Shown here: one piece after another, positions 12,600 through 27,096 of the stretch
How positions within the stretch are numbered: position 1 is the first letter of the stretch
Layout of the letters: every line of letters starts with the position of its first letter
Source: Raillietiella orientalis
Lineage: Eukaryota
Direction of reading: 5' to 3'
DNA: 64,000 bases
NCBI GenBank assembly: GCA_036172245.1
Contig: JAYWIR010000010.1
Location: forward strand, 4,030,001-4,094,000
Made by a program: the position numbers and the translations under genes
Notes under the pieces: generated by a model
Database searches by the model: none
Seen by the model: only the letters and a program-made list of their open reading frames with translations
Told to the model about the DNA's origin: nothing

Positions 12600-15500
12600 G
12601 TGTCGCGGCATGCGAAAGCCCGCGATCCAACCAGTCGCTTGTGGGCCTATGGAGCCTGCAGCAAGAAACCTTCCTTCCAGTCCGTTGGTTGCAGTCGTCA
12701 CGCATCCAGGAGGAGTGAGGTAGCGCACGTTTTTTCCTTGCGGTCTTTTCGTATCTCCCATCCCTCGCTGCTGGCCAAAATCTTCACTGGCGCTCAGTGG
12801 TGGGTGAGTTGCTCGTTGAGGTCGAGCCTTGTCGTGCGGATTCGCCCTCTCAGATGGCAGTACTTCCAGCCTCGCGTCTGGGAGTTTTCTGCGCCAAGTC
12901 AAGCCTGCTTACTTGTCTTTCGGAGTTTTGCGGGTCTAAAGATTGGTGTTCTTGCGACTCGATCGTGTAGGTCTCTACTCAGCCCTCTATAGGTCGTCCA
13001 GCCTTCGTGCCAGTGGATTTTTTCGGCTGCATTGGATGTCGGAGGACACCATCATCTTGCTGAGCTGTTTGCGAAATTTCCATTTCTTTCAGAACATCCT
13101 TGTTCTTGGGGTCTGACGATTCACCATAAGACGACGACGAACTGATGCTTTACTCCCTGATTGCCGGAAGGTAAGAGCAGGGTTCCCTCATTTTGCCTCC
13201 TTTAGTTCACGCATGTTCTCGAACGCTTGGAGAATTGCGGCATGTATGAATTCTCAAAGGATTGGAATCACCAACTTTTTGCAAATGGTAGTCCCCGCTG
13301 GCGGTGCCGGTGCAACCCAATGCAGCACATGGTCTTGTCCCGATCCTTGGTGAGCGCTACCACGCCTCAAAGGGGAAAGTGTCCAAAGAGTGGACCCCCT
13401 GACGGATAGTGGAAACCTTGTCTCACGTGCTTCTTGAATGCTCAAGGCTGAGTCAGGGATGGAACAGCCTCGTGGGAACCTCACATACTCTGTTTAAAGA
13501 AACACTCACCTTCTCTAGGATTGCCAGGTCCCTGCCTACTCTCTGGCGATCCCCTACCACACGCGGACAGCAGCGACCACGAAGACGGAAGAAGGGGCGG
13601 GCCGTCGTCCCGGATAGCCGTTCGCAGCCTCCATCGTCCACATACTAAGGGAGATGGAATGGACCAACCTTGGATGGGAGATGCAAGCGAACCTGCGGAC
13701 GATTGCAGGCAGACCAGCTCCTCACCGATGAACGCAGCTGCTCACCCCTATGCGTTCCTGGCCGGCGCCGACCCTCCGGAATCGTTGCTCAGTGCCTTGA
13801 GGCCGGTCCATCGCACCCTATTTATTTGTTTATCCGTTGGTCATTCCTCCTCTCCCTCTCCAGTTCTGTCCTTAGCAAGAGTGGTGGTTCTTTTGGATTC
13901 GGGTCTCTCCATCTCAGTCCTTCTCCAGCTACGTCTTGCATGCGCACTGAGAGCTCCTTCGAAGTCAGGAACGCCACCACTCCTCCGAGATGAGGGTCCT
14001 CAAGGAATGCGCATTGGCTGCACAGATTTTCCAGCTCATCGAACGGAATTCCTGCTGGCGGTTCGAGCTCTGCTTTCTCACGTGGCTGCTGCGAAAGAGG
14101 CTGCACGGCTGTTCGATCAGTTGCTTGAGACTCGAGGAAACGAGGAAGCTGTCATCCTAGGTTAGTGGGAAAATGTTACATGTGGACCGGCTGGACACCT
14201 TCACAGAGAAAGAGCACTCCGGTCGGAACTGAGTAAACCACTAATCCCGGACAACCTCTCCTGCCGAGAGGAAGGGGCGGAAGGGGTAGGCTTCGCTTGG
14301 AAAGAGGGCTTGGGCCGCCACTCTATCCTCCTTGCTTCAGAAAGAGCTCGTTGGTGCACTTCAGGTGCATTCAAGTGGCCTCGACACTCAACCATTTGCT
14401 TACTGAGGATGGGATGGTCTGCTTCCCATTGCTCTGCCTCGTTCTGGGAGGGAGAGCAGAAAGGGGGATTCACGAGACGAAACGGACGGTGCAGCTATCC
14501 ACTGCAACGGTTTTTCAGCTGTCCCGAGGGTTCCTCAGTGGACCTTCGACAGAATCTGCTGCGATTCCGGGTGGCGTCCAGAGCGGGGGTCTATCCGGAA
14601 ACCTCCGACCTCTCGGGAGGCATGCTGGGAGCTTGTCCCAGGCAGACTGCCCTGCGGAACTGGACGAGGAGAACCAATCCTGAGCGGGCTCTCCTTCGCT
14701 GCCTTGCTTTTCTCACTCTCCATGTCTTTCCATAGCTCCTGGGAGGATCCGATGTTTCGGAGATTCCTCACCTCAAGAGCAACACTCCAATCAGCAGCAT
14801 GGACGTTCTTGGAGCTCATTCTCCTAATGAAAAACCCCCGAAGTGTCTCTATCAAAGACGCGGCGAACGGCTCTGGAAATCGGGAACACTCTCGTTGTCG
14901 CACCACAATTTCTCCCGTGCTAATCTTCGAAACGGTGTGCGGGCAGAGCTGCTCGTCCGCTATAACCCAATGGGAAATGCTCGCTTCCATTTTCCTTTGT
15001 TCTTCTTTCCATCCTTTTCAGGGCAAGAACATCTGATTGATTTCAGAAGACCACACTGGATTCTTCCTGAGACCAGGCTTAACGCTAGGACACGAGGATG
15101 ACCGTAGCATCCATTGCCATCGTGATCAGCTTCGAAATGCAATCATCTGAAGCGTACATAAGGGTACGCGAACGCGTATGCTGATGTCTGGTGCATTCCA
15201 GACAAAGGTGGGGATCGCCTGGAGCAAGAAGCGTGCTGTCCCCGCGATGCTAAGCAGCAATCAGCAGTGGGAAAGGGGGGGGAGCCACGGTTGTTTTTCC
15301 TAGCCGAGAGCGGTCGAGGGGAATCATCAACGTGGAAATCCCCTTTCAGAGCCATCATCTGACCTGGGGCAGCCGACTCGTTGGCAGATTCTCCTCAGAG
15401 AGCCTTCCGTTTGGTCACGTTCACCTTTGGTCGTGTTGTCGCCCACTCTTGCTGCAAACCGTCGAAAGCGGCTCCCTCAAGAAGGGAGCAGCATGCCTTG

Positions 15501-16450
15501 GCTCTGCTCTGATGCAGGGCGTGGACGCTTTCCTCCATAGTCGCGCCGTGCTCACTGGACTCAAACGACCTCCCCCTTCCTGCTTTCGCGGAACACGAAG
15601 CACGGAGTATCGTTTTTCCTCTTCTTTGCGAAACTCTTCCTCAGGAGCTCACCCGAAATTCCAGCCGGACCTACGGTTTGAAAGAGACGCCGTGCCTCGT
15701 GCGGAACCCAGCGGACCTGTGGGAAGGAATCAGGAGAACCAGTGAGCACTCTCTCGTGAATGGCTCCCGGTCTCACCGGTGTTCCGGCACGGTGCCCGTG
15801 CACGTCCATGCTTTCAGCACCGCGTAAGGATCGCGTTTTCCGAGCAGCGTCCCTGCGGATCTTCAATGTCACGGTGTTTACGTTACAGGGTAATGGCTGC
15901 TTCCCCCACCTCCTGCTGGGGGACCGAGAAGATTTTTGGTGTATCGGCAGCCCCCCATAAACAAGAGCAGATTCGTAAACAAGGAACCGGTGTGTAACAA
16001 AGCGTCTGCATTTTGCTTTCTTACACATCAAAAGCAAAGCGAGGTTCTGGGTTCCCGGGGAAACAAGCACCACAACCATCTGCGATCTGACGGCGCGAAC
16101 AGTAAGTGCCATCAAAGTAGAAGAAGGCTTCCCTATTTACGCACTGAGCAAATCTATTTTTGGAAGGAGCGCCGCGGACGGGGAACTCTTTCCGAAAGCA
16201 GCTGCTGCCTGTTGGCACCGTCGAAACAGGCAGACTTATCTATCGAATTCGTCCCTTCCTTTTATCAGTTCTGCTCTCAGCCTTCTATTTGCTTGCTGGT
16301 CCTGAAGGCGTCCGCGTGCCTGACGGTTGACACGCACACTTTTGCTGAGGTCAAAGGACGAATTCGTCCAGAGGAGCAGAAGCAGGACGGAGCAAGAAGC
16401 GCCAGACTTCTCGGAGGTATCAAATGGAGCAGCAGACCAAAGTGAGGAAA
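12600..16450 (-). mobile_element. Probable BEL/Pao LTR retrotransposon remnant, interrupted at about 13270-13650
   Basis: Degenerate motifs in the expected order: ACFDGAN (gag PxFDG), EVVRD..TQFRP (cf. TTKLRxVFDAS), GLRWRDP (cf. LGLxWxP), QVRLHLPSKVGP (cf. LLxSKSRVAP), integrase-like FWPAAR...NVRY. Confidence 0.45.
13270..13650 (+). mobile_element. L1/Tx1-like 3' fragment (C-terminal Zn motif)
   Basis: GKCPKSG...VETLSHVLLEC. Confidence 0.5.
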
Positions 16451-16999
16451 GGAAAGTGTGGTAGAGGCAGGAAGCACCGAGAATAGGAAAGGAAGCTCGG
16501 AAAAATGGGTCGCGCAGCAGCCTAGGCAATCGCCCAAGGAGTCAACTTCCAGGTGGAGCCAAGACCGAAAAGGCTTCCCGGATGAGAGTTGAAGATCCTC
16601 TCTCTGCGTTGCTTTGAGCTTTTTTCTTCCACGCCTTTCGGAAACACCCAAAAAGGCCGGTCTAGCTGGGAGCGGCGGGTTGACCACTGGCATCTTCACA
16701 CTGTATACCCAGCGTTTACGTAGAAATGTGAACGTTGCTTACTCTTCCGGTTTCTGATTCAGTTATAGGCAGGGAGACCTTTCTTAATCTATCAAGCGTA
16801 GTATACGCTCGTCGATGGAGCAAGAACGACCGGATTGGATTATCTGTCACTTCAGCGGAACATGCAGCCGGCAATGAAATCGATGGATGAGAATTCGTTA
16901 ATGATTTTAAGAAGATAAAAGCTAGGAATGTTGGGTTCGATAAATAGATGTGTTTTATCTATGCTTTGCAGTTTCATGATGGCCGGCGTGAGAGCACTG

Positions 17000-17890
17000 A
17001 AGAGAGAACGCACATGGCAATCCCTAGTCTAAAAACACATCAACCAAGGGAAAGCCATGCACCCCGCCTCAAGCTTCTTCCTCGTCGATGGAGAATACCT
17101 GATGTTCCAGGACTATAGATTCATCCATGCAGCCAAACTTAACGTCCTACCAGCCAGGACTGGACCCAGGATGAAACCAGAGGAGCACGCATGTTGGCGC
17201 TGCCTGATGGAAGACGAAACATTGCCTCATATATTAAACAGATGCAGTAGGCACACCCATCTGTCCATTGCACCACATAACGCAATGAAGAGAAGATCAT
17301 CAAGACTGCAGTGGATGAAGCAAAGTGGATCCTAATGTCCACTAATTCCAGAGAGTTCCAGGAGCGAATTCCCTCTTAAGACCGGACCTAGTGCTGAAGA
17401 AAGGAAACCGGATAGCGGTACTGGACAACTGCGGCCCGTTTGAGGACAGAAGAGAGGTGTTCAGCGCAGCATGGAGGAACAGACTGGAAAATTACAAGGA
17501 AGTAGCCCTCCAGCTAGGCAGATAGGGGAAGCAATGCATGCCCTCATCTTTGGCTCTCTGGGATCCTGGGATCCAAAATCCCAGTAACGAAGAAGTGCTT
17601 CAGGATTTTGGAATCCCTGAGAAGCACTAGGAGAAGATGAGGCACCGGATGGTGGCTTCTTGCATCCGTCACTCCAACGACATCTATGCAGCCCACGTCA
17701 CACGAAAGACCGACAATCAGACGCAGCCGGAGAACCCCAGAGGTCAGCCCTCTCGAGACGGAGGGCAAGTAGCTTAGGAAGCAACAGGCTGAGGGGCGAC
17801 GAGCGCCCCAGATGGACAGACGAAGACTCCCGGAAGAATGTCAAGAGTCCTCCCTGTAACTTGTAAAATTGTAAATCTAAGCAATGAAAC
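17000..17890 (+). mobile_element. 5'-truncated Utopia/NeSL-like (R2 group) non-LTR retrotransposon: CCHC Zn finger plus restriction-like endonuclease, frameshifted
   Basis: DYRFIHAAKLNVLP, CWRCLMEDETLPHILNRC...HN, LRPDLVLKKG...VLDNCGPFE (from 17376), GSLGSWDP (17552-17575), then a short 3' UTR. Confidence 0.8.
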
Positions 17891-20800
17891 AATGCGTCTG
17901 TAGTCGTTTTATTCTAACCCCTGCTTGCCAATCTAATGTTCGAAATGTAAGGCATAGGAGGGCTAGGAGCATGACTTTGCCTGGGACGACAAAAGAGCCG
18001 GCACTAAGCGCAAGGTCATCTTCAGAGTGCACGGAGCAGCAGGAAGTGAGCCTGAGATGAGATTGCTCGCGCACCAGACGAGGACCGACTACCAGCACTT
18101 CGCATCTCTCTGAAGCCATACGTAGCGAAAAGTCATGGCTGAACGATGAGTGCTGCTTCTCTGTCAGTCCTCAACGAGACTGCCGCAGCCCTTGCGACGA
18201 CGTTTCCTCCTCGAAGGGAAATTTCTTTGAGAAAGGAAGGTGCAAGTTGATTTCCCTTCCCAAAAACAAGGACTCGACTGGTCCTCTTTTTCTTTTTTTT
18301 TTTCAGTTTCTTTTTCTTCTGCCAAACCTGTTTCGTTCTAGAGAGGTGTATGGATGGTTTCGAAACAAAGGTCTCCGAATGGCAAAAGACACACACACAG
18401 GCAGCATGTTGTCTTAAACAGCTCATTTCGTACAGCCCGAGTGCATCGAAGGAACTCGAGCTTCCACTTTTGTCAGGGAGGAAACTGCGAAGGCAATGAC
18501 TTGGATGACGTGAAGCAAAAGAAATGGGGAGCGAAGCAGTTTCTGGTTCGGTGGGTGTATCTCGCGTTAAGCAGGCGAGTACACCCACCATTCCGGCGAG
18601 CTCCCTTTTCTGATACTTTATGTATTCTCCTGGTTGGTGTGCGCCGGGTAAGAAACTAAAGGGCTGTAGGTCGTGGGTGTGACAGAGAAAGGGAAAGCTG
18701 CAGATCCAACTATGGAACTTGAAACAGTTGCCCGTGGGTCCTACAAATCTTCAAAGAGAGAAAGAGGATGATGGGGCTTTCGTTTCACCCTCGCGATGTT
18801 ATCCCTTTGGCTGAAGAACAAAGATTAAGCACGACGAGCAGTCAACCAAATGCTTGAGAAAGAGAGGAGAAAGACCCAGAGTCAATAGCACTTGTCGAAT
18901 GGTTTGGGTAAACAAAAGCTACCCCGTCACATTTGTCATCAGTGGTCTACCATGTGGAAAATGAAGATAGTTCCACCACGTGGAAAATAAAGAGAGAGTT
19001 TAGCTGTTCCATCAAATGTTGACAATTCAGGTGCTCCGAGAGCTGGCTTTAGGACGCACGAAAGCGAAGGAGAACTCATTCGTCACGAAGCTTGATGAAT
19101 TGGGGCTCCGTGGTCCCGAAAGCTGTGGCACATCGGGTCTCTGTCCTGCGCAAGGTCGTCATGGAATATCTTCAGGAGGAATGAATGAATGCTGCGTCGC
19201 GATACTCTGCTTGACAGAGAGCTCACCATCAAAGACGGGAGGCTTCTTGGGGAGGAAGGGGAGGGAGGACCAACAAACAGCTCCTATCTGTGCCACTGGA
19301 ACGAATAAGAACGGATCCTCCTGCAATCGAAAACACATTGCAGCTTCGATACGGTAAGCCAACGCAGACAAAACAGCGAAGCACGAACGAAATCGAAAAT
19401 TCGTTTAGAAAAACGCCTGAAACGATCGATGGGAAAACTAGGAGGCAAGAAAATACAGAATGGCACTGTTTGTGGGATCGCTGCTCAGCCCAGCTTAGAA
19501 ATCGGGAAAACGCGGAACTTCCTGAAAGCACCATCGGCTCTTCGAGTCCCGCAAGCTCTTCCGTGTCCTTGCATGACCAGATAGTTGAGAGTGAAAAGAC
19601 CAGGGAGCTCAGCTGAGATGTGTGGAACCCAGGCAAGCCCTGCTTCCTTCCAGGAAAAGATTTCGACGCAGCACAGTGCCGTCCATAACTGCTTCCTTGC
19701 AAGAAGTGTTCCTCTGCAAGAAAGCCGGAACTTAACGCCTGAGAAACCGGGTTGCTCCGCAGCCAGGATGATGCCTCACCCTAGCTGCGAAGAACGACTC
19801 TGGCAAGTCTGTTTGTACGAAACCGCAAAGGATGTGGGACGAACGAAAAGATGAGTTCGGCTCTCTTGAACGAGAATATGGGAGATTCCACCTCGTTTCA
19901 CGACATTATGGATGTGCATGTTTGCTCCTGCGTGCGGTCTGCTTCTGGAGATGATGCTCAGGAATCGAGCGACGCACCCATGGGCAGAACGAACCTCTGA
20001 TCGCAATCCTCTGTAGATAGCAGAAGCAAGATCAAGCATTCGATAAATCATGATTTTAGCACAGTATCTATTATCACATCCGCGTTGTACAGACAGCTTT
20101 CAGTGTATTTTTGTTTCGCATCAGTCCATTAGAGGGAAGGCTTGCCCAGGAAGTTTCCACCGTGGAAAATGAGGCGGTACATCACGAAGCCTGCGAGATG
20201 ATGGCATGTGAAAGGGGAAAATGAAATGGAGATCAAAGCGCAAGGCTGGATGCAAGGCGACGGCAAGAAATGCCTTTTTTTTTTGTTTTTTTGCTACACT
20301 GTGAAAAAGGATGAACTGGAGAGAAGTAGCGGCTAAACGGAGATAGGGTATCGAGTGTTAATTCATTCGATCTCTTATTCGGCTGGATATTTTTCACCTT
20401 CCTTTTTTTTGCTTCGCGCGTGGGAAAGATGACAAGAATTCACCTTCTTGATTTCCAGCTTATGGCCAAAGAATCGCACACTAAACGGTGATGTATTTAA
20501 CTTATTAGCGTTCTGCGAATTGGTGCTGCTGGCACAAGAGTGCAGAGACTATCGCTTTGAATTTTGTAAAAAAAAATCTTATTCCATGGTCACTCTGCGT
20601 TCAGGATGCCTATTGAAGCTATTTGAAGATTGGCACGATGGAAACTTTCCGATCGTCAATCCGCGCCAGCAAATTCCACTGTAGGGGAAAAAGAAAGCAA
20701 CCTGTGCAAACCGTAGGGATGCTGCCTCCAGACTGTCCTTGGATAGACCAGAAGTTAGTGAATGCTGAAAACGATCACAGTGGTGGGGAATGAGATTTGG

Positions 20801-23800
20801 AGTTCTGAATTCAACCTGTAAGAAGAGGGAAGCGTGCCGGGGGGTCAAGCCGGGATATCAGAAAAGGCGCAGAACGATCACGGCGCTCTTAGCAAAAGTA
20901 ACATTGCGAAGGAAAGGAGGAAATGGAATTTTCAAAGGGAACTAAACCCGGAAAATTGAGGGCGCAAAAGAGGGAACAAAATGTAAGGAAGTAATAGAGA
21001 TCAGGTTTGGTCATGTTTGCGTGTTCGTTTAGAAAATAAAAGGAAATTACCGGACTTACGATAATGTAAGCAATGTACTTATTTATATGGAAGGGAAACG
21101 TGCCTTCCCAAACGTAATCATTGAAAAGCTGTTTGTCACAACTTCGATAGATGAAGCTTCGAAGACAAATGAATCCAGTTCGGATCGTGTTCTTTTCGAT
21201 TGGTTCCGTTGCATACCGAACGCCACCTGGAAACGCAAGAATCCAGATTGATGAATGGATGCTGCCCACAAAATCGGAAGATCCTGAACGGAACCCAAAG
21301 ACTTCGCACATGCTGCCAAGTTCAAAGTTTCAGTCACGGTGTCAAGCCTTCCTTAGATGCTTCGTCTACGGACAGCTATTGCTGGTTCGTATCCTGGCAA
21401 CTGCTTTTAACATTTCTCATTGCGTTACGGAGCTGATCCGGAGTCCTCCTTGCTTTGGTATGTGTACATCCTGAATACCAATTCAAGCAACGCCATACGA
21501 ACTGGCACAAAACAAAACTGCGTACAAGATTCGTCTTGCACACTGCCTCGAAGATTCTTTCTGCTTCCTCACAACCTAAGATGTGCTCTGGCCAGATCAA
21601 CCGAATGGTCAGAACCTTCCGAAAACGCCATGAAGCTTTTGCGCTGGACGAAGGTGCCCAAAGTTTGAAATGGGGTGGCGAACGACAGCAAAGAACAAAG
21701 AGCGAAGATATGACACAGCATGAGAATCCACGGCTACCACTCCCTCCGACATCACGGAAGGCATTCCCGTGTGATGAATTCGGCTGGCGACATTCATGTT
21801 TTCGGAAAGCAATGATTTATTCTATTAATAAGTTTTGAACCCTCGACAAGAAAGTATCGCTTCCGATGCCTGCAGAAAAACGCCCAAGGAATTTCAGTAA
21901 TTTATACAAAGCGCACGTGCCATTAAGCAAATTGAGTCCCTGACGTGCACTGGAGGTTTTAATTGATGAAACGAAACGATGATGATTGCCGAAACGAAGA
22001 AAAAATGGTTTGATGCGCCAGGAATTCCATTTGAAAAGGAAAGCAGGAATTTATTTCCATAAGAGTTCTCTTCGTGCTTAGCACACCCCAGAGACTGCTG
22101 TGGAGGCGAATGCTCCATTAAATGAAGTGCTTCCTGAATTATGAATTAAAAACTGCATATAGAATTTCAGAACTGAATGAGCTCCAAATACTGCAAGCGG
22201 TTCTCCAGAATCGATTGCTTAGGAGAGCCTCGATTTCCGAACGGACTTGCAACTTATGGAAAGCAGCGGAAAACCTTTCTGATGCCATGAAATCTCTGGA
22301 AATAGGGAAACTTTAACAGGCTATAAAATCTCTAGCGATACCGCAAAAATGGAGGCTGAACTTTAGAGGTGCCACGGAGAACTCTGAGAGGAAAAGTTGT
22401 AGGTTTCTTCTTGGGACAAATATGACTGACGAACAGGAATCGCGTATGAAATTCCGATTATGGTTTCTTGCTCTGTCCACCCACGAGTGCACCTAGTCAT
22501 CGAGAGAAGGAGTGATCGATAGAGTGTTCCTTCCATTCCAAGTTTCACTGACATTGTGTTAAAGGCACATTTTTTTTCTTTTTTTTTCCCCCCTCTTTCG
22601 AGGCAGCACACAAAGTATTAAGCCACAGATCTTCGTGCAGCGTAGATGTGGCGATATGGATGCCAGTTGCACGGACTCCGACTCTTGGCAACCCTGGGTC
22701 AGAGCGATGCTAACGGTCATCCTGAGTTTTCCCGAACTACACCAGAAAATGGTGCTTCACTTTAAGTGGAAGCTGATGCTTCAAAAGGTTCATCCTCCAG
22801 AGTATCACAGTGGTCTACTGGTGCAAGGGTGGTACTAGATGGAAGGAATGTGCAATGAGGGGACTTTGGAGTTGGCTCTGAACTTCGACTGGCTGGATTG
22901 GTAGGTGCTCACAGTGAAATACCGCAGAAGTCTCAGGAAGGAAAAGATGCTGGTGCTATAGGCATTTTTTTCCCCCCTGGGTGCTCTCTCCTTTGAAAAA
23001 AAATGCCGAAAAAGAAAAGAAACAGCTTTAATAAAACCTGGATTTGGTTGGATTTCTGCTTGGAACCAATGTAGCTACCATGGAAATAATTGGCAAACTT
23101 ATGCATAAGATTTCCGTTGCATCTTCTGGAAAATAAGATTTCTAATCACATGCCATTCACCATTTTCCAGCTAAAAACCTGTAAGGTAATCTAAACTCTT
23201 CGTAGTGATCGATGATAGTCCACTCCAGCTTTCGAAGAGCCTTCGAACTACTCTCATGGAACTCAAATCCTCGTAAGTAATCGTCAATCCAAGAAATAAG
23301 CTCCAGAAAATATACCAGCTATTATACCGTCGCAATTCCAATAGGGATGTAATAAACACATTATGGACATGGGAAAGCAATCAGAACAGTGCTCGGGAAA
23401 GACGACAGTATAAAATGTAGATGTAGATAGATTTATCTTGAATTATTATTACTGTTTCTGTCCCGGAGGTTATCATCTCCGTCTCAGCAATCGTGGACCG
23501 GAAAGTAATTGTGAAGCAGCATTTAAAATCATTCTTTGTTGGAAGAGTTGTAGGCTGACCTTATGGGAAGATCAAAAATCGTCGGCATGGGTACATCTTT
23601 CATTAGAGTTCCACTTACATTGCAGGGAGTACATTCTCGCAGGATGCAACCAGGATGGATAACGGATTGCGTTCTTTACTTCCTCATCATGCAGCTCATC
23701 CCGTTATGGACTCAGTTTTCAATAACTTGACTGGCTTCCATGCCTTGGATAGTTTACTCGCGGAAGACAGGGTCCATTCTTTCCGGAAGATTTATGCTCA

Positions 23801-25339
23801 GCTTCTCAGTCAAATTTACACGAGGAGAGCCTAATTTTCTTACCGGCAGTTTTGATAAGAGTTATATTGAATGGTTCTCGAAAATTCTCCGCAGAATGAA
23901 TAATCGCATCCTTTCGATCCGTTCCTCGGAACGTTGGGATTTTCTTTTTACCGTCCAAATACTTCAGCGTTTCCTGAAAATTGGATTCATCTGTTTCGAA
24001 AATCTTCCTCTTGTCAGCTGTGAGTACGTCTCGGGTTTCCCGAACGTGCGTTTGGTAAACGTGCTTCACCCTTAATGCTGCAACATATAAAATTCCCTCG
24101 CATCTAATCCTAAAGATGATGAAGAAAGGGCCGACGATAGTATTTATCACAATTATTGGAAGTGATGGAGTAAATATTTCCTTGTGATCTCTTCCCACAG
24201 TTATCGGAAATCATCGGAGAGAACATTGGAATTTGAACAGTCGCGCATCCCCTAATGATCTTTAAAAAAGAGGCAGGAGCCTATTCCGGGATGAGTCTGA
24301 TGCGTCCAGCCATTTGGCTTGAGCAGTCTGCTTCAGCAAGTCCGCGACTTTTCTTCTGACGACACGGGAAGTGCATTCCCGGATCTCCACCGGACGTTAG
24401 AGTGGAGGTTTTCCAAAGTGAAAACCCTCTATTCTCATTTTCGGGCGAGCCGAACCAGGAATGTTCCCACCTCCCGCGGGAATGGTATTTTTTTTTTTTC
24501 TCCTTCCACTTCTTTCCCTCACCGATGCGTCCGTCTGCTCGAAACTTCAAGCAGCCTCCTGGACACTCCGAACGCATGCATCTTGTGTGATTTCCGTGTA
24601 TCCGATGCGAGGGGGGTTTGGACAGAGGAAGTTTCGTGTAAGGCAATCCACAGATGGAATTCACTGTCTTGGCAAGCAGCGAGAAGTGAAGAACTTGAAG
24701 CAGTTTGACTTTTGCACCCGGGCAAGCTTGTTTGGCACGCGGCGCTTGGCTTGGAGGAACCCAACACGCTGCAAATACGGGAAGAGGGGATGCGAGTCCC
24801 CCTCCTCCCCCCATCTCGGTGGATGAACTGCACAGTGCGGTGTGCAGGGGACAGAGTCTGAAAGCTTCCAGCTGAGCGACGCGAAGATCTTCTCTTCGTA
24901 CTTTGTGACTGTGCAGCAAATCCTAGCTTCCAATAACCTGTTCCGCGTCGTTTTCGCCCGTGACTTGTGGCAGCACCTGCCATCTATTTGACGCTATTCC
25001 AACTATCCTCTTGGAAATGAAAATGAAAAAAATCACATTTTGGACTAAAGCGTCATTTGCAGGCGTAAAAAAGAAAAAAAAAAAAAAAAAAAAACGAAAA
25101 CGAAAACGAGGCGAACGGAACTGACGCTTTCCAAAGGATAATTATGAGAAGGACTTGAGATCCCAGTTATGGTCCGCCTGAATTTCGATTAGCAACTCAG
25201 ATACCCACGAAAATTACCACTTTTCACATTTTCTATCTTCCTATTTCTACGTTCCAGAACATTTGTTCAAAGTATTTGGCTTTTGAAGGACTGATGGAAA
25301 TCCTTTCTGTTCTGTTCTTCGCAGTTCTTCGACACGGTT

Positions 25340-26057
25340 CCACGCCACCTGAGGGTAGATAATTCTTCAAGATAGGGATAACTCAGGAGAGGTCCGCCCT
25401 ACGAACCCAAGGACTTGGAGTCCGTTCCTCTCACGCCTGGGGAGGGATCCCCGGAAATGGAGATCAACTCCACCCTGGTTGTCTACGAAGGGGAATCCAG
25501 AAGGGAATCTCCTTCCTTAATCTCTTCGGAGGACCCCTCGGGGGGTCCGCTCCATTCTTTCTTCTCTGAAGGGAATCCGGAAAGGATCCGATCCTGGAAT
25601 TTCTTCTCCGGAGGGATCCGCTCCTCTTTTTACTCCTCTGAAGAGAACCCAGAAGAGACGCTTTCGAAATTCAGAAGGACGCAGCTTCCCCGAAGGGATC
25701 GGCTCGCTTCCCTGCATTCTCTAAAAGAGGTGGTGGCGACACACCTACTCCATCAGCGGAGGGTCCCCCCGGAATAGGGGATCCGCTCCTTCGCAACCGG
25801 AGGGGGAACCCCCCACTCCTTGATTCCTGGAAGGACCCGGAGTTCCACTCCCATTTGTCCCGGCCTTCATTGGGGGCATCCGGTTTTAACCGCTACCAGT
25901 GCCGCACCCGGATGAATGTAGGCCAACCAGCGTCATCTTGTGGGGTGAACTCGGGACCCACGACGCGCTGCGTCGATTCCTTTCGGAGTATTCGAACCGA
26001 CGATGCATGGTGCCACCCGCGGAGACCACCGTAACCACACGGCCTCCGACGAGGGCG
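25340..26057 (-). mobile_element. tRNA-headed SINE, copy A (near full length)
   Basis: Minus-strand head with A-box-like AGGCCGTGTGG and B-box GGTTCGAATAC, then GGAATCGACGC and a body alignable by eye with copies B-E. Confidence 0.7.
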
Positions 26058-27096
26058 GAGGACTTTTTTTCTTGAAACAATTATCCATCCTTCACCACGG
26101 GCTTTCTTTCCGATTGAAATGTTTCGTTTCTCTCGCGTTAAGCCGCGCTGTCGAGCAGTTTAGGTTGTCATTGCGATTCCTCAGTTTGTGATAGACGGAA
26201 ACTTCTTATAGAATAGCAGACATGAAAACAAGAAGACTCTTAAACTGAACGGATGGAGCAAATTCGGTTTGTACTCAGCGAGTTCTGTACAAACTGCAGT
26301 GCAGTGAGGTAGCGACCCGAGGAGACCTGCGCAACGCTCCCAGTGGCGCGCTCGGAAGAGAATCGAGCGAAACGAACGGAAAGATGGGATGGAGCAGAGA
26401 AAGGGCGCAGGAAGAGGCTCCAGAAAAATCAGGAACCGAAAGCATGAGCCGATGGTAATGAAAGAAGCTCTCCACGATACGAAAAACCTAAAGTCGGAAA
26501 TGTCCATGGAAACGAAATCCCGGCAGGACATCCACGGCTCACGAACGCCCTTGGCACGTTTGCTCCCACCTGTATGCTTCCCTTCTCATTCCTAGACTAA
26601 GAACTTGGGTCATCCCCCGCCATTGCAGTCAAGCATATCGCCTATTGGACGCATCACGTTGCAAAAACGTTTCTGGTGGTCCGTTGAAACCAAAACTTTG
26701 TCATTAAGCATCACATTAAGGTCCACTCCGTGCCTCCACACCGTATTTGATAGAGACCGTGATGACGTGATGCTGGAAAAGCAGGATGTTTCGCCTTCAT
26801 CCATCACTTCGCTCTTTGGACCTAGAGAACGGAATGCTGTTCTTCCACGGGAGCGTGTCCCGTGGCTCCGTCCCGATTGACGCGCGCACTAATCCCCGCC
26901 TCCCTGCTTGGAATCCCGTTTCATTTTCATTTATCCAAATGTAGCACCCTTCGAGATAAATTTCCTGACCGAGTGTCGTCGGCTCTTCCTCCTGCCGGCT
27001 GCCAAACAAAGCGGACGAACCTTCATTTGAGGTGTTCCTGACACGTGGAAACTCAATCAGAAAAATGGCGGGAGGGATAAAAAAAAAAAAAACGCA

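Noticed and set aside
20600..25000. Faint mariner-like and RTE-like peptide traces (about 20800, 21480-21660, 22600-22830, 23200-24100, 24640-24990); similar traces near 29900-30100, 42150-42600 and 49550-49650
   Set aside because: Probably old TE debris, but too degenerate to assign family or boundaries by eye.
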